Virus record (IMG/VR): IMGVR_UViG_3300044617_001156
Reading direction: 5' to 3' (one strand)
Source of the DNA: a virus
Length of the DNA: 64,000 bases
The notes under the pieces: model-generated
Databases searched by the model: none
Told to the model about the DNA's origin: nothing
Seen by the model: only the letters and a program-made list of their open reading frames with translations
Translations under genes and position numbers: made by a program
Part shown: positions 7,114 to 15,900 of the stretch, piece by piece
How the letters are laid out: the number at the start of each line of letters is the position of its first letter
Numbering within the stretch: position 1 is the stretch's first letter

Positions 7114-7182
7114 TGATTAGTGGGCCACGTAAAGTGTCCTAGTAATGTAAGCACCCAGTTCACTCCTAACTCACTCTTACTC

Positions 7183-7383
7183 ATGTTCAAAAACGTCATC
7201 AATCAGGTCCGCACTTTTGGTTACACGATGAAGAATCCGATGCCCCGCAAAATCTTCTTCCTGTACCACTTTGCTCCCAAGCGTTATACTGAGTTCAAAG
7301 ACCTGATGAATACTCTGCACGCGGATTATCGCCAAGGTCTTATCACTGAGGAGCAGATTGATAGTGCACTCCTTGCCTTCTGA
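7183..7383 (+). CDS. Hypothetical protein
   Basis: ORF track frame; ATG after repeat copy 9. Confidence 0.65.
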   Translation: MFKNVINQVRTFGYTMKNPMPRKIFFLYHFAPKRYTEFKDLMNTLHADYRQGLITEEQIDSALLAF

Positions 7384-7435
7384 TTGTAGTCCTTAAGTCA
7401 CACTCACTCATTCACCACTAATCAACACTCTCGTC

Positions 7436-7681
7436 ATGAAAACCTCCACTAAGTATACCCTCAAACTCAACGATGAAGAGATGACTATGCTCCGTGATCT
7501 TGTGCGGATCGGTATGCGCTCGAAGTATTATCAGGAGTTTGTGAGTAAAGAATGTGACGACATCGATGAGGAAGATAATCAACTGAATGTGACGCTTGCT
7601 GTTACTCAATTCGTCAATCTTTGCCCACTCAGTCAAACCGAAAAAATGATGGATAAGTACATCTTCGAAGGCGTACAGTAA
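7436..7681 (+). CDS. Hypothetical protein
   Basis: ORF track; C/A-rich leader. Confidence 0.7.
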   Translation: MKTSTKYTLKLNDEEMTMLRDLVRIGMRSKYYQEFVSKECDDIDEEDNQLNVTLAVTQFVNLCPLSQTEKMMDKYIFEGVQ

Positions 7682-7758
7682 GGTACACAAAGAGGAATAA
7701 GATGCGCCTCTATAAAGACACTCACCGTTCACACACTCACTAACAACGAACAACACAA

Positions 7759-7899
7759 ATGTCTAAGACCGCAATGCTTTCTCTGCTGGCTCAAGGTAAC
7801 AACGGCACTGAGATTCTTTCGATTCTGGATACACTCGTCACTGATGCGATTGCAGAGGAAGGTGATAATGAAGGGACACTGAATGTGATTGATTTCTGA
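7759..7899 (+). CDS. 46-aa acidic protein MSKTAMLSLLAQGNNGTEILSILD...
   Basis: Hand-translated; long C/A-rich leader. Confidence 0.7.
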   Translation: MSKTAMLSLLAQGNNGTEILSILDTLVTDAIAEEGDNEGTLNVIDF

Positions 7900-7909
7900 T
7901 ACTAACTGG

Positions 7910-7949
7910 GTGCCCCTTGGTTGACACTGGGGGGCACTTATGTTAGACT
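7910..7949 (+). promoter_or_regulatory. sigma70-like promoter whose -35 box forms the loop of a GC-rich hairpin
   Basis: GTGCCCCTTGG-[TTGACA]-CTGGGGGGCAC; TTGACA-17 nt-TAGACT. Confidence 0.7.
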
Positions 7950-8081
7950 TGGTGATATCAGTGAAACGGCAGTGATTGCCCGTGGTTTCTTATAGCGTAG
8001 CGGGGGCGTAGCGCGTTTAAGGCGCCCCCCGTTCCAAAAAAGGCAAACTACCCTAACCTACAGAGGTGACAATTCGACCTC

Positions 8082-8087
8082 TAAATA
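8082..8087 (+). promoter_or_regulatory. Possible gp55 late promoter TAAATA
   Basis: Upstream of the small ORF at 8122. Confidence 0.45.
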
Positions 8088-8121
8088 TCAGACCCATAAA
8101 ATTTTTCCGGAGTATTAAAAG

Positions 8122-8199
8122 ATGGCAAAATGGATTCATAAGGGTGGATATTCCCGCCCAGACAAACGCACAGTAAAGAAAGGTGGTAAGAAGAAGTAG
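8122..8199 (+). CDS. 25-aa basic peptide MAKWIHKGGYSRPDKRTVKKGGKKK
   Basis: Hand-translated; GGAG upstream. Confidence 0.5.
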   Translation: MAKWIHKGGYSRPDKRTVKKGGKKK

Positions 8200-8329
8200 A
8201 CCTTATTGGAACTTCTGGAAGGTTGTCTTTGCGGGGTGGTTGATACGATACCCACGGCAGTGTTTTACGATAATCGGAGTTCCCCTTGGATTTTTAATTG
8301 TTCTGATATATAATGCGGTAACAAAATAA
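8183..8329 (+). CDS. 48-aa membrane protein (PYWNFWKVVFAGWLIRYP...)
   Basis: Hand-translated from GTG; Trp-rich segment plus a TM helix. Confidence 0.6.
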   Translation: MVRRSRPYWNFWKVVFAGWLIRYPRQCFTIIGVPLGFLIVLIYNAVTK

Positions 8330-8361
8330 GAGTTACTGAAAAAAATTCCGGAAAATTTTTT

Positions 8362-8556
8362 ATGACTGAAAAGGTTTATCACATATACGCAAACGGCAAA
8401 TGCATCTATCACAGTTTATCAGAGGAAAAATTCGCTGAAACCTGGGAGATGTTGCATCGTATGGTTGAGTTAATTGATGTAAAACTTTCAAAAGAAGATT
8501 TATCTTATGAGGAATTAGCAACAAACAAAGAGGTAGTTCTGAACTCATCTCATTGA
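8362..8556 (+). CDS. Small hypothetical protein
   Basis: ORF track. Confidence 0.75.
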   Translation: MTEKVYHIYANGKCIYHSLSEEKFAETWEMLHRMVELIDVKLSKEDLSYEELATNKEVVLNSSH

Positions 8557-8558
8557 TA

Positions 8559-8587
8559 TTGACAAGGCATATATAGACTGATAAAAT
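8559..8587 (+). promoter_or_regulatory. sigma70-like promoter
   Basis: TTGACA-17 nt-TAAAAT. Confidence 0.7.
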
Positions 8588-8610
8588 TGATCTGAAGGTT
8601 ATTTTCACTT

Positions 8611-9378
8611 ATGGCAAAAGGATTTACAGTAAAAGCAGCATCCCCTAAGGCATCAGAAGCTGATTGGGATTATGATGCTATCAAAGAACGAATGAGAGGT
8701 AAGAGTATTGTCTTCTGTCTACCAGGACGTGGATGTTCTTTTATTTTTCTCAAAGCATTCGTACAACTTTGCTTTGATATGGTACAAAATGGAATGAGTA
8801 TTCAGATTTCTCAGGATTACTCATCAATGGTAAACTTTGCACGTTGTAAAGTATTAGGTGCAAATGTTCTAAGGGGACCGAAGCAAATTCCCTGGGATGG
8901 TAAACTGCAATATGATTATCAACTTTGGATTGACTCGGATATTGTCTTCACCACAGAAAAGTTCTGGCAACTCTGTGATCTTGCTCTGAATGAAGAAGGA
9001 GAGGATAAAGAGGTTGTTGCTGGTTGGTATGCCACAGAAGATGGTCACACGACCTCAGTAGCACACTGGTTGGAAGAAGATGACTTCCGTAAGAATGGTG
9101 GAGTGATGAATCATGAAACCGTTGATTCTATTTCAAAGCGCAGAAAGCCTTTCACAGTTGACTACACTGGTTTTGGATGGGTACTGATTAAAAATGGTGT
9201 CTTCGAGAATCTTGAATACCCTTGGTTTGCTCCTAAGATGCAAGTCTTTGAATCTGGTGCAGTTCAGGATATGTGTGGTGAAGATGTTTCATTCTGTCTT
9301 GATGCAATTGAGAAAGGATTTAAGATCTGGTGCGACCCTCGTATTAGAGTTGGTCATGAAAAAACTCGTGTAATCTAA
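8611..9378 (+). CDS. GT-A fold (family 2-like) glycosyltransferase
   Basis: WIDSDIVF DxD motif, GFGWVLI, GEDVSFC, RVGHEK. Confidence 0.75.
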   Translation: MAKGFTVKAASPKASEADWDYDAIKERMRGKSIVFCLPGRGCSFIFLKAFVQLCFDMVQNGMSIQISQDYSSMVNFARCKVLGANVLRGPKQIPWDGKLQYDYQLWIDSDIVFTTEKFWQLCDLALNEEGEDKEVVAGWYATEDGHTTSVAHWLEEDDFRKNGGVMNHETVDSISKRRKPFTVDYTGFGWVLIKNGVFENLEYPWFAPKMQVFESGAVQDMCGEDVSFCLDAIEKGFKIWCDPRIRVGHEKTRVI

Positions 9379-9536
9379 TGAAATACTACGATATCTTATA
9401 TAAAGGTCGTAGAATCTATCAGAACCTCACTCTAGACGCTTGTAGTGAGGTTCTACAAGGTCTCTCAGAACGTTATGTCTCGGGAGATGACATTGATCCT
9501 AATTTAATTGAACTGGAGGAAATTTCAAATGTCTAA
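9378..9536 (+). CDS. 52-aa hypothetical protein MKYYDILYKGRRIYQNL...
   Basis: Hand-translated; TAATG coupling. Confidence 0.7.
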   Translation: MKYYDILYKGRRIYQNLTLDACSEVLQGLSERYVSGDDIDPNLIELEEISNV

Positions 9537-9669
9537 AGGTGGAGGCAATAAGACTTTATTTGAAGCTGGAGCGCCAAAGAAAACTCGTCAAGGACGTTCT
9601 GCTCGTACTTTACTATCAGCAACGTCTCGCAATGGACGTAAAAAGAAGTATCGCGGTCAAGGAAAATAA
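9529..9669 (+). CDS. 46-aa basic protein ending KKYRGQGK
   Basis: Hand-translated; GGAGG SD; followed by a terminator. Confidence 0.8.
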   Translation: MSKGGGNKTLFEAGAPKKTRQGRSARTLLSATSRNGRKKKYRGQGK

Positions 9670-9679
9670 TATAGATAGG

Positions 9680-9702
9680 GCAGGAAGAAATTCCTGCTTT
9701 TT
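9680..9702 (+). terminator. Rho-independent terminator
   Basis: GCAGGAA-GAAA-TTCCTGC followed by TTTTT. Confidence 0.75.
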
Positions 9703-9714
9703 TAGTATTTTTTT

Positions 9715-10434
9715 ATGGCATACTTAAATCATAATCTTCCGACAATTACTTGCTACATTCGTAATGAATTCCTTTTTAATCATAAAAAAGGTCATGGTGA
9801 GGTAACTTTATGTGACGTTCACTCTGTAGCATCCCTAGAGAAGCACGTACCGCTCTTTGAGGCGTTTCTTGAGAATGGGGTGAACTGGACTCGTAGACCA
9901 ATTCATGCATTTTGTTGGAAACCTGATGCGCCAACACCTAGATTAGAAGAATGTATGTGGTGGGATTGCTTTTCTCCTTATGTTGATGTTCAAGTTCGTT
10001 CAAGACTTGCTAACTTACGCGCTGAATTGATCAATTATCGTGGAGAAAAGAATGAAGGAACTTACATGTTCACTCTTGACTGGTCATGGGAGTCAAAATC
10101 TACACTGAATACTAACTTTAGTGAGACTCCGGAGCATAAATGTGCTCATTTTTTCAAAATGGATAATGGAAATTTCTATGCATACCCTAATAATAAGATA
10201 CTGTGGTATGACGATGCATGGACTAAGAATAGAATTACCAAAAATCCAGGTTATGAAATAGATTTAACCGAATATTCTGTCGAAAATCGTCGCAAAATAG
10301 AGACATCTGATGATTTTATGTACGAAATTACAAATATTCGGGATAGCAACCCCGTAAAAAGTTCTGATTTTAACGAATCAGGAGCAAACAATGACCAAGA
10401 AAGTAGACAAAGACCAAAATTTCATGAAAAATGA
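9715..10434 (+). CDS. Conserved hypothetical protein
   Basis: ORF track; Trp/His/Cys-rich globular protein. Confidence 0.8.
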   Translation: MAYLNHNLPTITCYIRNEFLFNHKKGHGEVTLCDVHSVASLEKHVPLFEAFLENGVNWTRRPIHAFCWKPDAPTPRLEECMWWDCFSPYVDVQVRSRLANLRAELINYRGEKNEGTYMFTLDWSWESKSTLNTNFSETPEHKCAHFFKMDNGNFYAYPNNKILWYDDAWTKNRITKNPGYEIDLTEYSVENRRKIETSDDFMYEITNIRDSNPVKSSDFNESGANNDQESRQRPKFHEK

Positions 10435-10645
10435 GTGGGGAACTGAGTATTTGTCAAGTGAATATGGATGGGAGACTCAAATTTACAAACAAAAAATGCT
10501 TCGTGAGATAGCAAATGATGAATTAACTCCAAAAAAACATGATTTTTATCACCAAAATGAAATTCATGAAAGAATTCGTAATGATCAAGATTATGATGAC
10601 TGGGAATATGGAACTGAACCTCTTTATGAGTCAAAACCACTCTAA
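10391..10645 (+). CDS. Conserved hypothetical protein upstream of gp25
   Basis: AGGAG SD; ORF track. Confidence 0.8.
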   Translation: MTKKVDKDQNFMKNEWGTEYLSSEYGWETQIYKQKMLREIANDELTPKKHDFYHQNEIHERIRNDQDYDDWEYGTEPLYESKPL

Positions 10646-10648
10646 ATA
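10643..10648 (+). promoter_or_regulatory. Late promoter TAAATA
   Basis: Directly upstream of gp25. Confidence 0.6.
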
Positions 10649-10669
10649 AGATATACTTGCATATGAAAT

Positions 10670-11071
10670 ATGCCTCTAGAGAGGATAAGTAAAGGGTTTA
10701 AAGATATTAGTATGACTTTCCAATCAAATCCTTTAAATCGGGATTTGATTGGAATTAAAAATGAGACTGCAATTGCAAGATCTGTGAAAAATCTTGTCCT
10801 TTCTTCTCAAGGAGAAAAGTTTTTTAATTCTAGTTTTGGTACGGGAGTATCAAAACTTCTTTTTGAAAATATTGATGAAATGACTGCATCAATCATAAAG
10901 GATGAAATCACATATGTTCTTAGTACATATGAACCTAGAATTCAAATTATGGAGGTGACAGTAAGCCCAAATTATGATGAGAATGAATTTGCAACTACAA
11001 TACAGTATAAAATTGTTGGAATAGATGTACTTCCTCAGCAATTATCATTTGCATTACAACCAGCAAGATAA
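10670..11071 (+). CDS. gp25: Baseplate wedge subunit
   Basis: AIARSVKNLV...GEKFF...YEPRI; first gene of the baseplate block. Confidence 0.92.
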   Translation: MPLERISKGFKDISMTFQSNPLNRDLIGIKNETAIARSVKNLVLSSQGEKFFNSSFGTGVSKLLFENIDEMTASIIKDEITYVLSTYEPRIQIMEVTVSPNYDENEFATTIQYKIVGIDVLPQQLSFALQPAR

Positions 11072-12982
11072 ATGGCACTAGTAAACTTTACAAATTTAGA
11101 TTTTGATCAGATAAAAGTATCTTTAAAGGAATACTTAAGATCAAATTCGAACTTTACGGATTATGATTTTGAAGGATCCAATCTTTCAACTATCATAGAT
11201 CTTTTGGCGTATAATACATATATTTCCTCATATAATGCTAACATGGTTAGTAATGAGGTTTTTATTGATAGTGCAACACTAAGAGAAAATGTTGTTTCTC
11301 TCGCTCGTAATATTGGATATGTTCCTAGATCTAGAACTTCTGCTAGAGCTAATATTTCTTTCTTTGTAGATACTAGTACCTTTAGTACAAATCCAATTAC
11401 TTTAACTTTAAAGAGAGGAGTTGTTTGTACGTCAAACTTTGCTTTTGGTGATGTAAATTATACGTTTTCGATACAGAATGATGTCACTGTTCCTGTAGTA
11501 AACAATATTGCACTTTTTGATAATGTGGAGATTTACGAAGGTTCTTTCGTTACTGCAAATTTCACTGTTGATTCTAATAATCCAAATCAAAAATATACTT
11601 TAGAAAATGCTAATATTGATACTTCTTCATTATCTGTAGCAGTAAGAAATACAGAATCAAGTTCTGTTATTAGAAATTTTGTTTTTTCTGATAGTATTCT
11701 AAATGTAACTTCTAATTCTAATGTATTCTTCATTCAAGAAGTTGAAGATCAGAGATATGAATTAATTTTTGGTGATGGGGTATTTGGTAAAAAATTAGAT
11801 AATTTAAATTACATTGAAGCATCTTACATAATTACAAATGGAGAATCTGGAAATGGTGTAAGTGACTTTAGATTTGCTGGTAGATTAGTTGATAATAATG
11901 GCAGAGTTGTTACTGATGGAATATCTTTAGTTACAACAAACGTAATATCGAGAAGTGGTAAAGAAATTGAATCTGTAGAATCTATTAAAAAATATGCCCC
12001 TAGGATATATGCATCTCAAAATAGAGCAGTAACTGCAAATGATTATGAAAGTATAATTCCAAAAATATATCCAGAAACTGAATCAATATCGGTCTATGGT
12101 GGAGAAGATCTTAATCCACCGAGATATGGTAGAGTCTTTATTAGCATTAAACCTTTTAATGGTCCTTTTGTATCCAGTCAAGTAAAGGATAATATAGTAA
12201 AACTTTTAAGGAAGTATAGTGTTGCCGGGATTGTTCCGGAGATAGTAGATCTAAAATATCTTTATGTTGAATTTGACACTACAATTTACTATAACACTAA
12301 TCTTGCTTCGTCTGCAGATAACGTAAGAAGCATTGTAAGTCAGAATATAACCAGGTATGCAGACTCCAGTGAACTTAATAGATATGGTGCTAGATTTAAA
12401 TATAGTAAATTTTTGAAAGTAATTGATGAAAGTAATAATGCTATTACATCAAATATTACAAAAATTAAAATGAGAAGAGATTTGTTCCCTCTCATAAATC
12501 AATTTGCTGACTATGAGATATGTTTCGGGAATGAGTTTCATATAAAAGACCGTAATGGATTTAATATTAAATCATCTGGATTTAAGGTAAATGGTCTAGC
12601 AGATACTTTGTATATGACTGATATACCTGATTCTAATTTAAGAACTGGTAGAATTATTATTTTTAGACCCACATCACAAACTGAATTCGTGACTGTAGCA
12701 TCAAATGCAGGAACAATAAATTATCAAAAAGGTGAAATTATTTTGTCTCCTATTGATTTCAGAGAAACTAGTAAAATTACTGGAGAAAATCCAGTTATAG
12801 AAATATCTGCAATTCCTAAGTCTAATGATATCATCGGATTACAGGATCTTTATTTGCAGATAGATATTAATAACAGTACTTTAAATACTGTCTCTGATGA
12901 AATTTCTTCGGGTGCCGATATATCAGGCACATCATATACAGTAACATCAAGCTACGAAAACGGAAATCTTGTAAGATCATAA
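11072..12982 (+). CDS. gp6: Baseplate wedge subunit
   Basis: LDFDQIK...FTDYDFEGS...LLAYNT...SATLRENVVSLA; QNRAVTANDY. Confidence 0.95.
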   Translation: MALVNFTNLDFDQIKVSLKEYLRSNSNFTDYDFEGSNLSTIIDLLAYNTYISSYNANMVSNEVFIDSATLRENVVSLARNIGYVPRSRTSARANISFFVDTSTFSTNPITLTLKRGVVCTSNFAFGDVNYTFSIQNDVTVPVVNNIALFDNVEIYEGSFVTANFTVDSNNPNQKYTLENANIDTSSLSVAVRNTESSSVIRNFVFSDSILNVTSNSNVFFIQEVEDQRYELIFGDGVFGKKLDNLNYIEASYIITNGESGNGVSDFRFAGRLVDNNGRVVTDGISLVTTNVISRSGKEIESVESIKKYAPRIYASQNRAVTANDYESIIPKIYPETESISVYGGEDLNPPRYGRVFISIKPFNGPFVSSQVKDNIVKLLRKYSVAGIVPEIVDLKYLYVEFDTTIYYNTNLASSADNVRSIVSQNITRYADSSELNRYGARFKYSKFLKVIDESNNAITSNITKIKMRRDLFPLINQFADYEICFGNEFHIKDRNGFNIKSSGFKVNGLADTLYMTDIPDSNLRTGRIIIFRPTSQTEFVTVASNAGTINYQKGEIILSPIDFRETSKITGENPVIEISAIPKSNDIIGLQDLYLQIDINNSTLNTVSDEISSGADISGTSYTVTSSYENGNLVRS

Positions 12983-12983
12983 A

Positions 12984-15900
12984 ATGACCGAGAGCAGAAT
13001 CAAAATTAGTTCCATTGTTGAAAATCAACTTCCTGATTATGTAAAGGAAGAATTTCCGCTAGTTTCGGAATTTCTTTCGCAGTACTATCAAGCAATAGAA
13101 AATCAAGGAAGCACACTTGATATTCTACAGAATATTGATCGTTATGTAAAAGTTGATAACTTAACTAATCTAACTGATTCTACTCAGACAACATCTGATG
13201 TTTCGTTGTTTGATACGACAATTAATGTTGAAAGCACCTATGGATTTCCTGATTCATATGGTTTAATTATGATTGACAATGAAATTATTACATATAAAGG
13301 TAAAACCGCTACATCGTTTACTGAATGTGTAAGAGGATTTGTTGGAATTGAAGAATATTATAATAATGATCAATTAAAGTTTTCTGATACAAACGTAGAG
13401 ACGCATTCAAACGGATCTGTAGTTGAAAATTTAAGTATTCTTTTCCTAAAAGAGTTTTTTAATAAAGTTAAAACTCAGGTCACACCTGGATTTGAAGATC
13501 GATCTTTAAATTCCGAAATTAATCAAGGACTTTTTATTAAACAGTCTAACGATTTTTATTCGTCAAAAGGAACAGCACACTCCTTTGAAATTCTTTTTAG
13601 AGCTTTATATGGTAAGGATGTTGAAGTTATTCTTCCTAGGGATTTTCTCATCCAACCTTCGGATGCTCAATATAGAATTACAAAAGATCTTGTAGTTGAA
13701 GCGATTGAAGGCGATCCATCAGACCTAGTAAACCTGACATTATATCAAGATTCAATCTATAATATTCCCGAGTCTAGGGGTACAATATCAAATGTAGAGA
13801 AAATTATTCGTGGAGATAAGGAATATTACGTAATTAGTTTAGATTTTGGTTACGATAACTTAAATGAAACTGGTCTTACTCTTGGAGATTTTACTGTACA
13901 TCCAAGAACCAGAAACATAGTAGATATTGCTTCTGGTTCTGATACTCTTACTGTAGATTCTACTTTAGGATTTCCATCTTCTGGTGTTTTAGTAGTAAAT
14001 TTAGAAAATGGTACGCAGTTATCAGTTAACTATGAATCTAAATCATCGACACAGTTTCATGGTTGCATTGGAATAACACAAGATATTTCAAAAAATAGTG
14101 AATTAAACTTAGATATTTTTGCTTTTGGATATGCAGATATTGAACAAACACAAATTGTAAAAGTAAGAGTTACTGGTGTTCTTTCTAATGTATTGTTAGA
14201 TTCTCCCACCAAATATTATGATAAAGGAGATCTAATCAAGATTAGAACACTTGGCAAAGAGACTGATGATTTTAGAGCAAATAAGTGGTTATTTAATATT
14301 TCATCTACCCATAATATAAAATCAGTTGTTGAATTAGACTCATTAAATTTTAAATATCGTATTGATCTTTTTGATCAACATCTTTTTTATATCGGCGATT
14401 CAGTCACGATTATACCTCCACAAGCACAACCAGTTTCTGAAGTTAAAGGTGTTATCAGTTCAATAAAAAATTCCACTTCCATTATTGTATCTACTGAACA
14501 AAGGTTAATTTCTTTTGTACCATTTCAAATAAGAAAAAATATAGTTAATGTATTATCATCAAATAATTTAAGTTTAAACAAATATACAGCAAATGTTCAG
14601 AATACTTATTTGGATGGTATAAATTCTGTATATGTAACATCTCCATCTTTACCATATTATTTAAACAATTCTCTCATTATTAGAGATAAAATAGTTACTT
14701 TCTCCGGAACATTCTTCGGGGATACTCTTTCTATCCCTAATCATAAGTTCTATACTGGTGACAGAATTGTCTATAATCCAGATGATGCTAACAATAAATT
14801 AGACTTATCTTCCGGGAAATATTTTGTTAGAAGAGTTGATTTGAACACAATAAAACTAAGTAGAAGTCTTAGTGATCTTTTTAATGATAGTTATGTAAGT
14901 GTATCAGGTACTGTTACCAATAATGTTTTTTATTATGAACCCTTTACTTTTGAAAATTTAAGCGCAAAGACAGTACAGACCCAAAAATTAATTCGCCAAA
15001 TTGCAAATCCAGTAACTACAAATACTAGAACTATAACTCCAGCAGGATTTACTGGAATTTTTATTAATGGTGTTGAACTGTTAAACTATAAATCAAATGA
15101 TTATATTTACTATGGACCAATAACATCTGTTGATGTATTATCTGGCGGATTCAATTATGATGCCATAAATCCTCCATTAATGCAAGTTAGTGATTCAGTG
15201 GGTTCTGGTGCTACTGCTTATTGTATTATTAATGGATCATTATCCAGAATTGATGTTATTGATGGTGGAATAAACTATTTGGAAACTCCTAGAGTCATCA
15301 TAACTGGCGGAAATGGTTTTGGTGCTAGTGCTGTTGCAAATTTAGAGTCTTATGATTACTCAGTATCATTTAATTCTAATCAATCTGCTGGGTATGTAAA
15401 TTTAGCAAATAATACAATCGGATTTTCATCTTTCCACAAACTTAACAGTGGAGATGAGTTAATATACCAAACAAATCAACAGCAAGGTATTGGTGGAATT
15501 ACAACAAACTCATCTTATTTTGCATCAATAGTAGATGCGAGCACTATAAAATTACACACCAAATTAAGTGATGCTGTTACTGGAATCAATACGATAAACT
15601 TATCTTCCCCATACGGCGAAGGAGTTCATACTTTAAAATCAAAATTTAAAAAGAGAAAAATCAGATCTTTAACTGTAATTAATACAGGATCTAATTATAG
15701 AAACAGAAGATTGTCTGTTGATTCTGTGGGAATTAGCACTGCAAACAATTCTATCAATATTGCAAATCATAATTTTAATAATAAAGATGTAGTTGCATAT
15801 CAAACTACAGGTTCGGCAATAAATGGATTGAATACCTCTAAGTATTATTATGTAAGAAAAATTGATAATGATAATTTTAGATTATTTGATCAGTATACCA

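Larger units (their letters stand above)
319..7148 (+). repeat. Dispersed direct repeat, 9 copies of 28 bp, consensus TGGGCC-N4-RAASTGTMC-N3-TADTRW, starting at 319, 2081, 2421, 3351, 4159, 4680, 5065, 6818, 7121
   Basis: Read directly; all copies are in the same orientation, have identical internal spacing and lie at gene boundaries. Confidence 0.95.

Noticed and set aside
319-7148. 28-bp repeats as a CRISPR array
   Set aside because: Intervals are 303-1762 bp and contain genes, the repeats are degenerate, and no cas genes are present
2396-7182. ORF-track N-terminal extensions reading GP.KCPS (starts 2396, 3350, 6808, 7120) as a shared peptide domain
   Set aside because: They are translations of the DNA repeat itself; more plausible ATG starts lie at or after the repeat end
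9539-9727. ORF-track 62-aa ORF
   Set aside because: The overlapping frame 9529-9669 has an SD, an ATG and a terminator after it; the track ORF runs through that terminator
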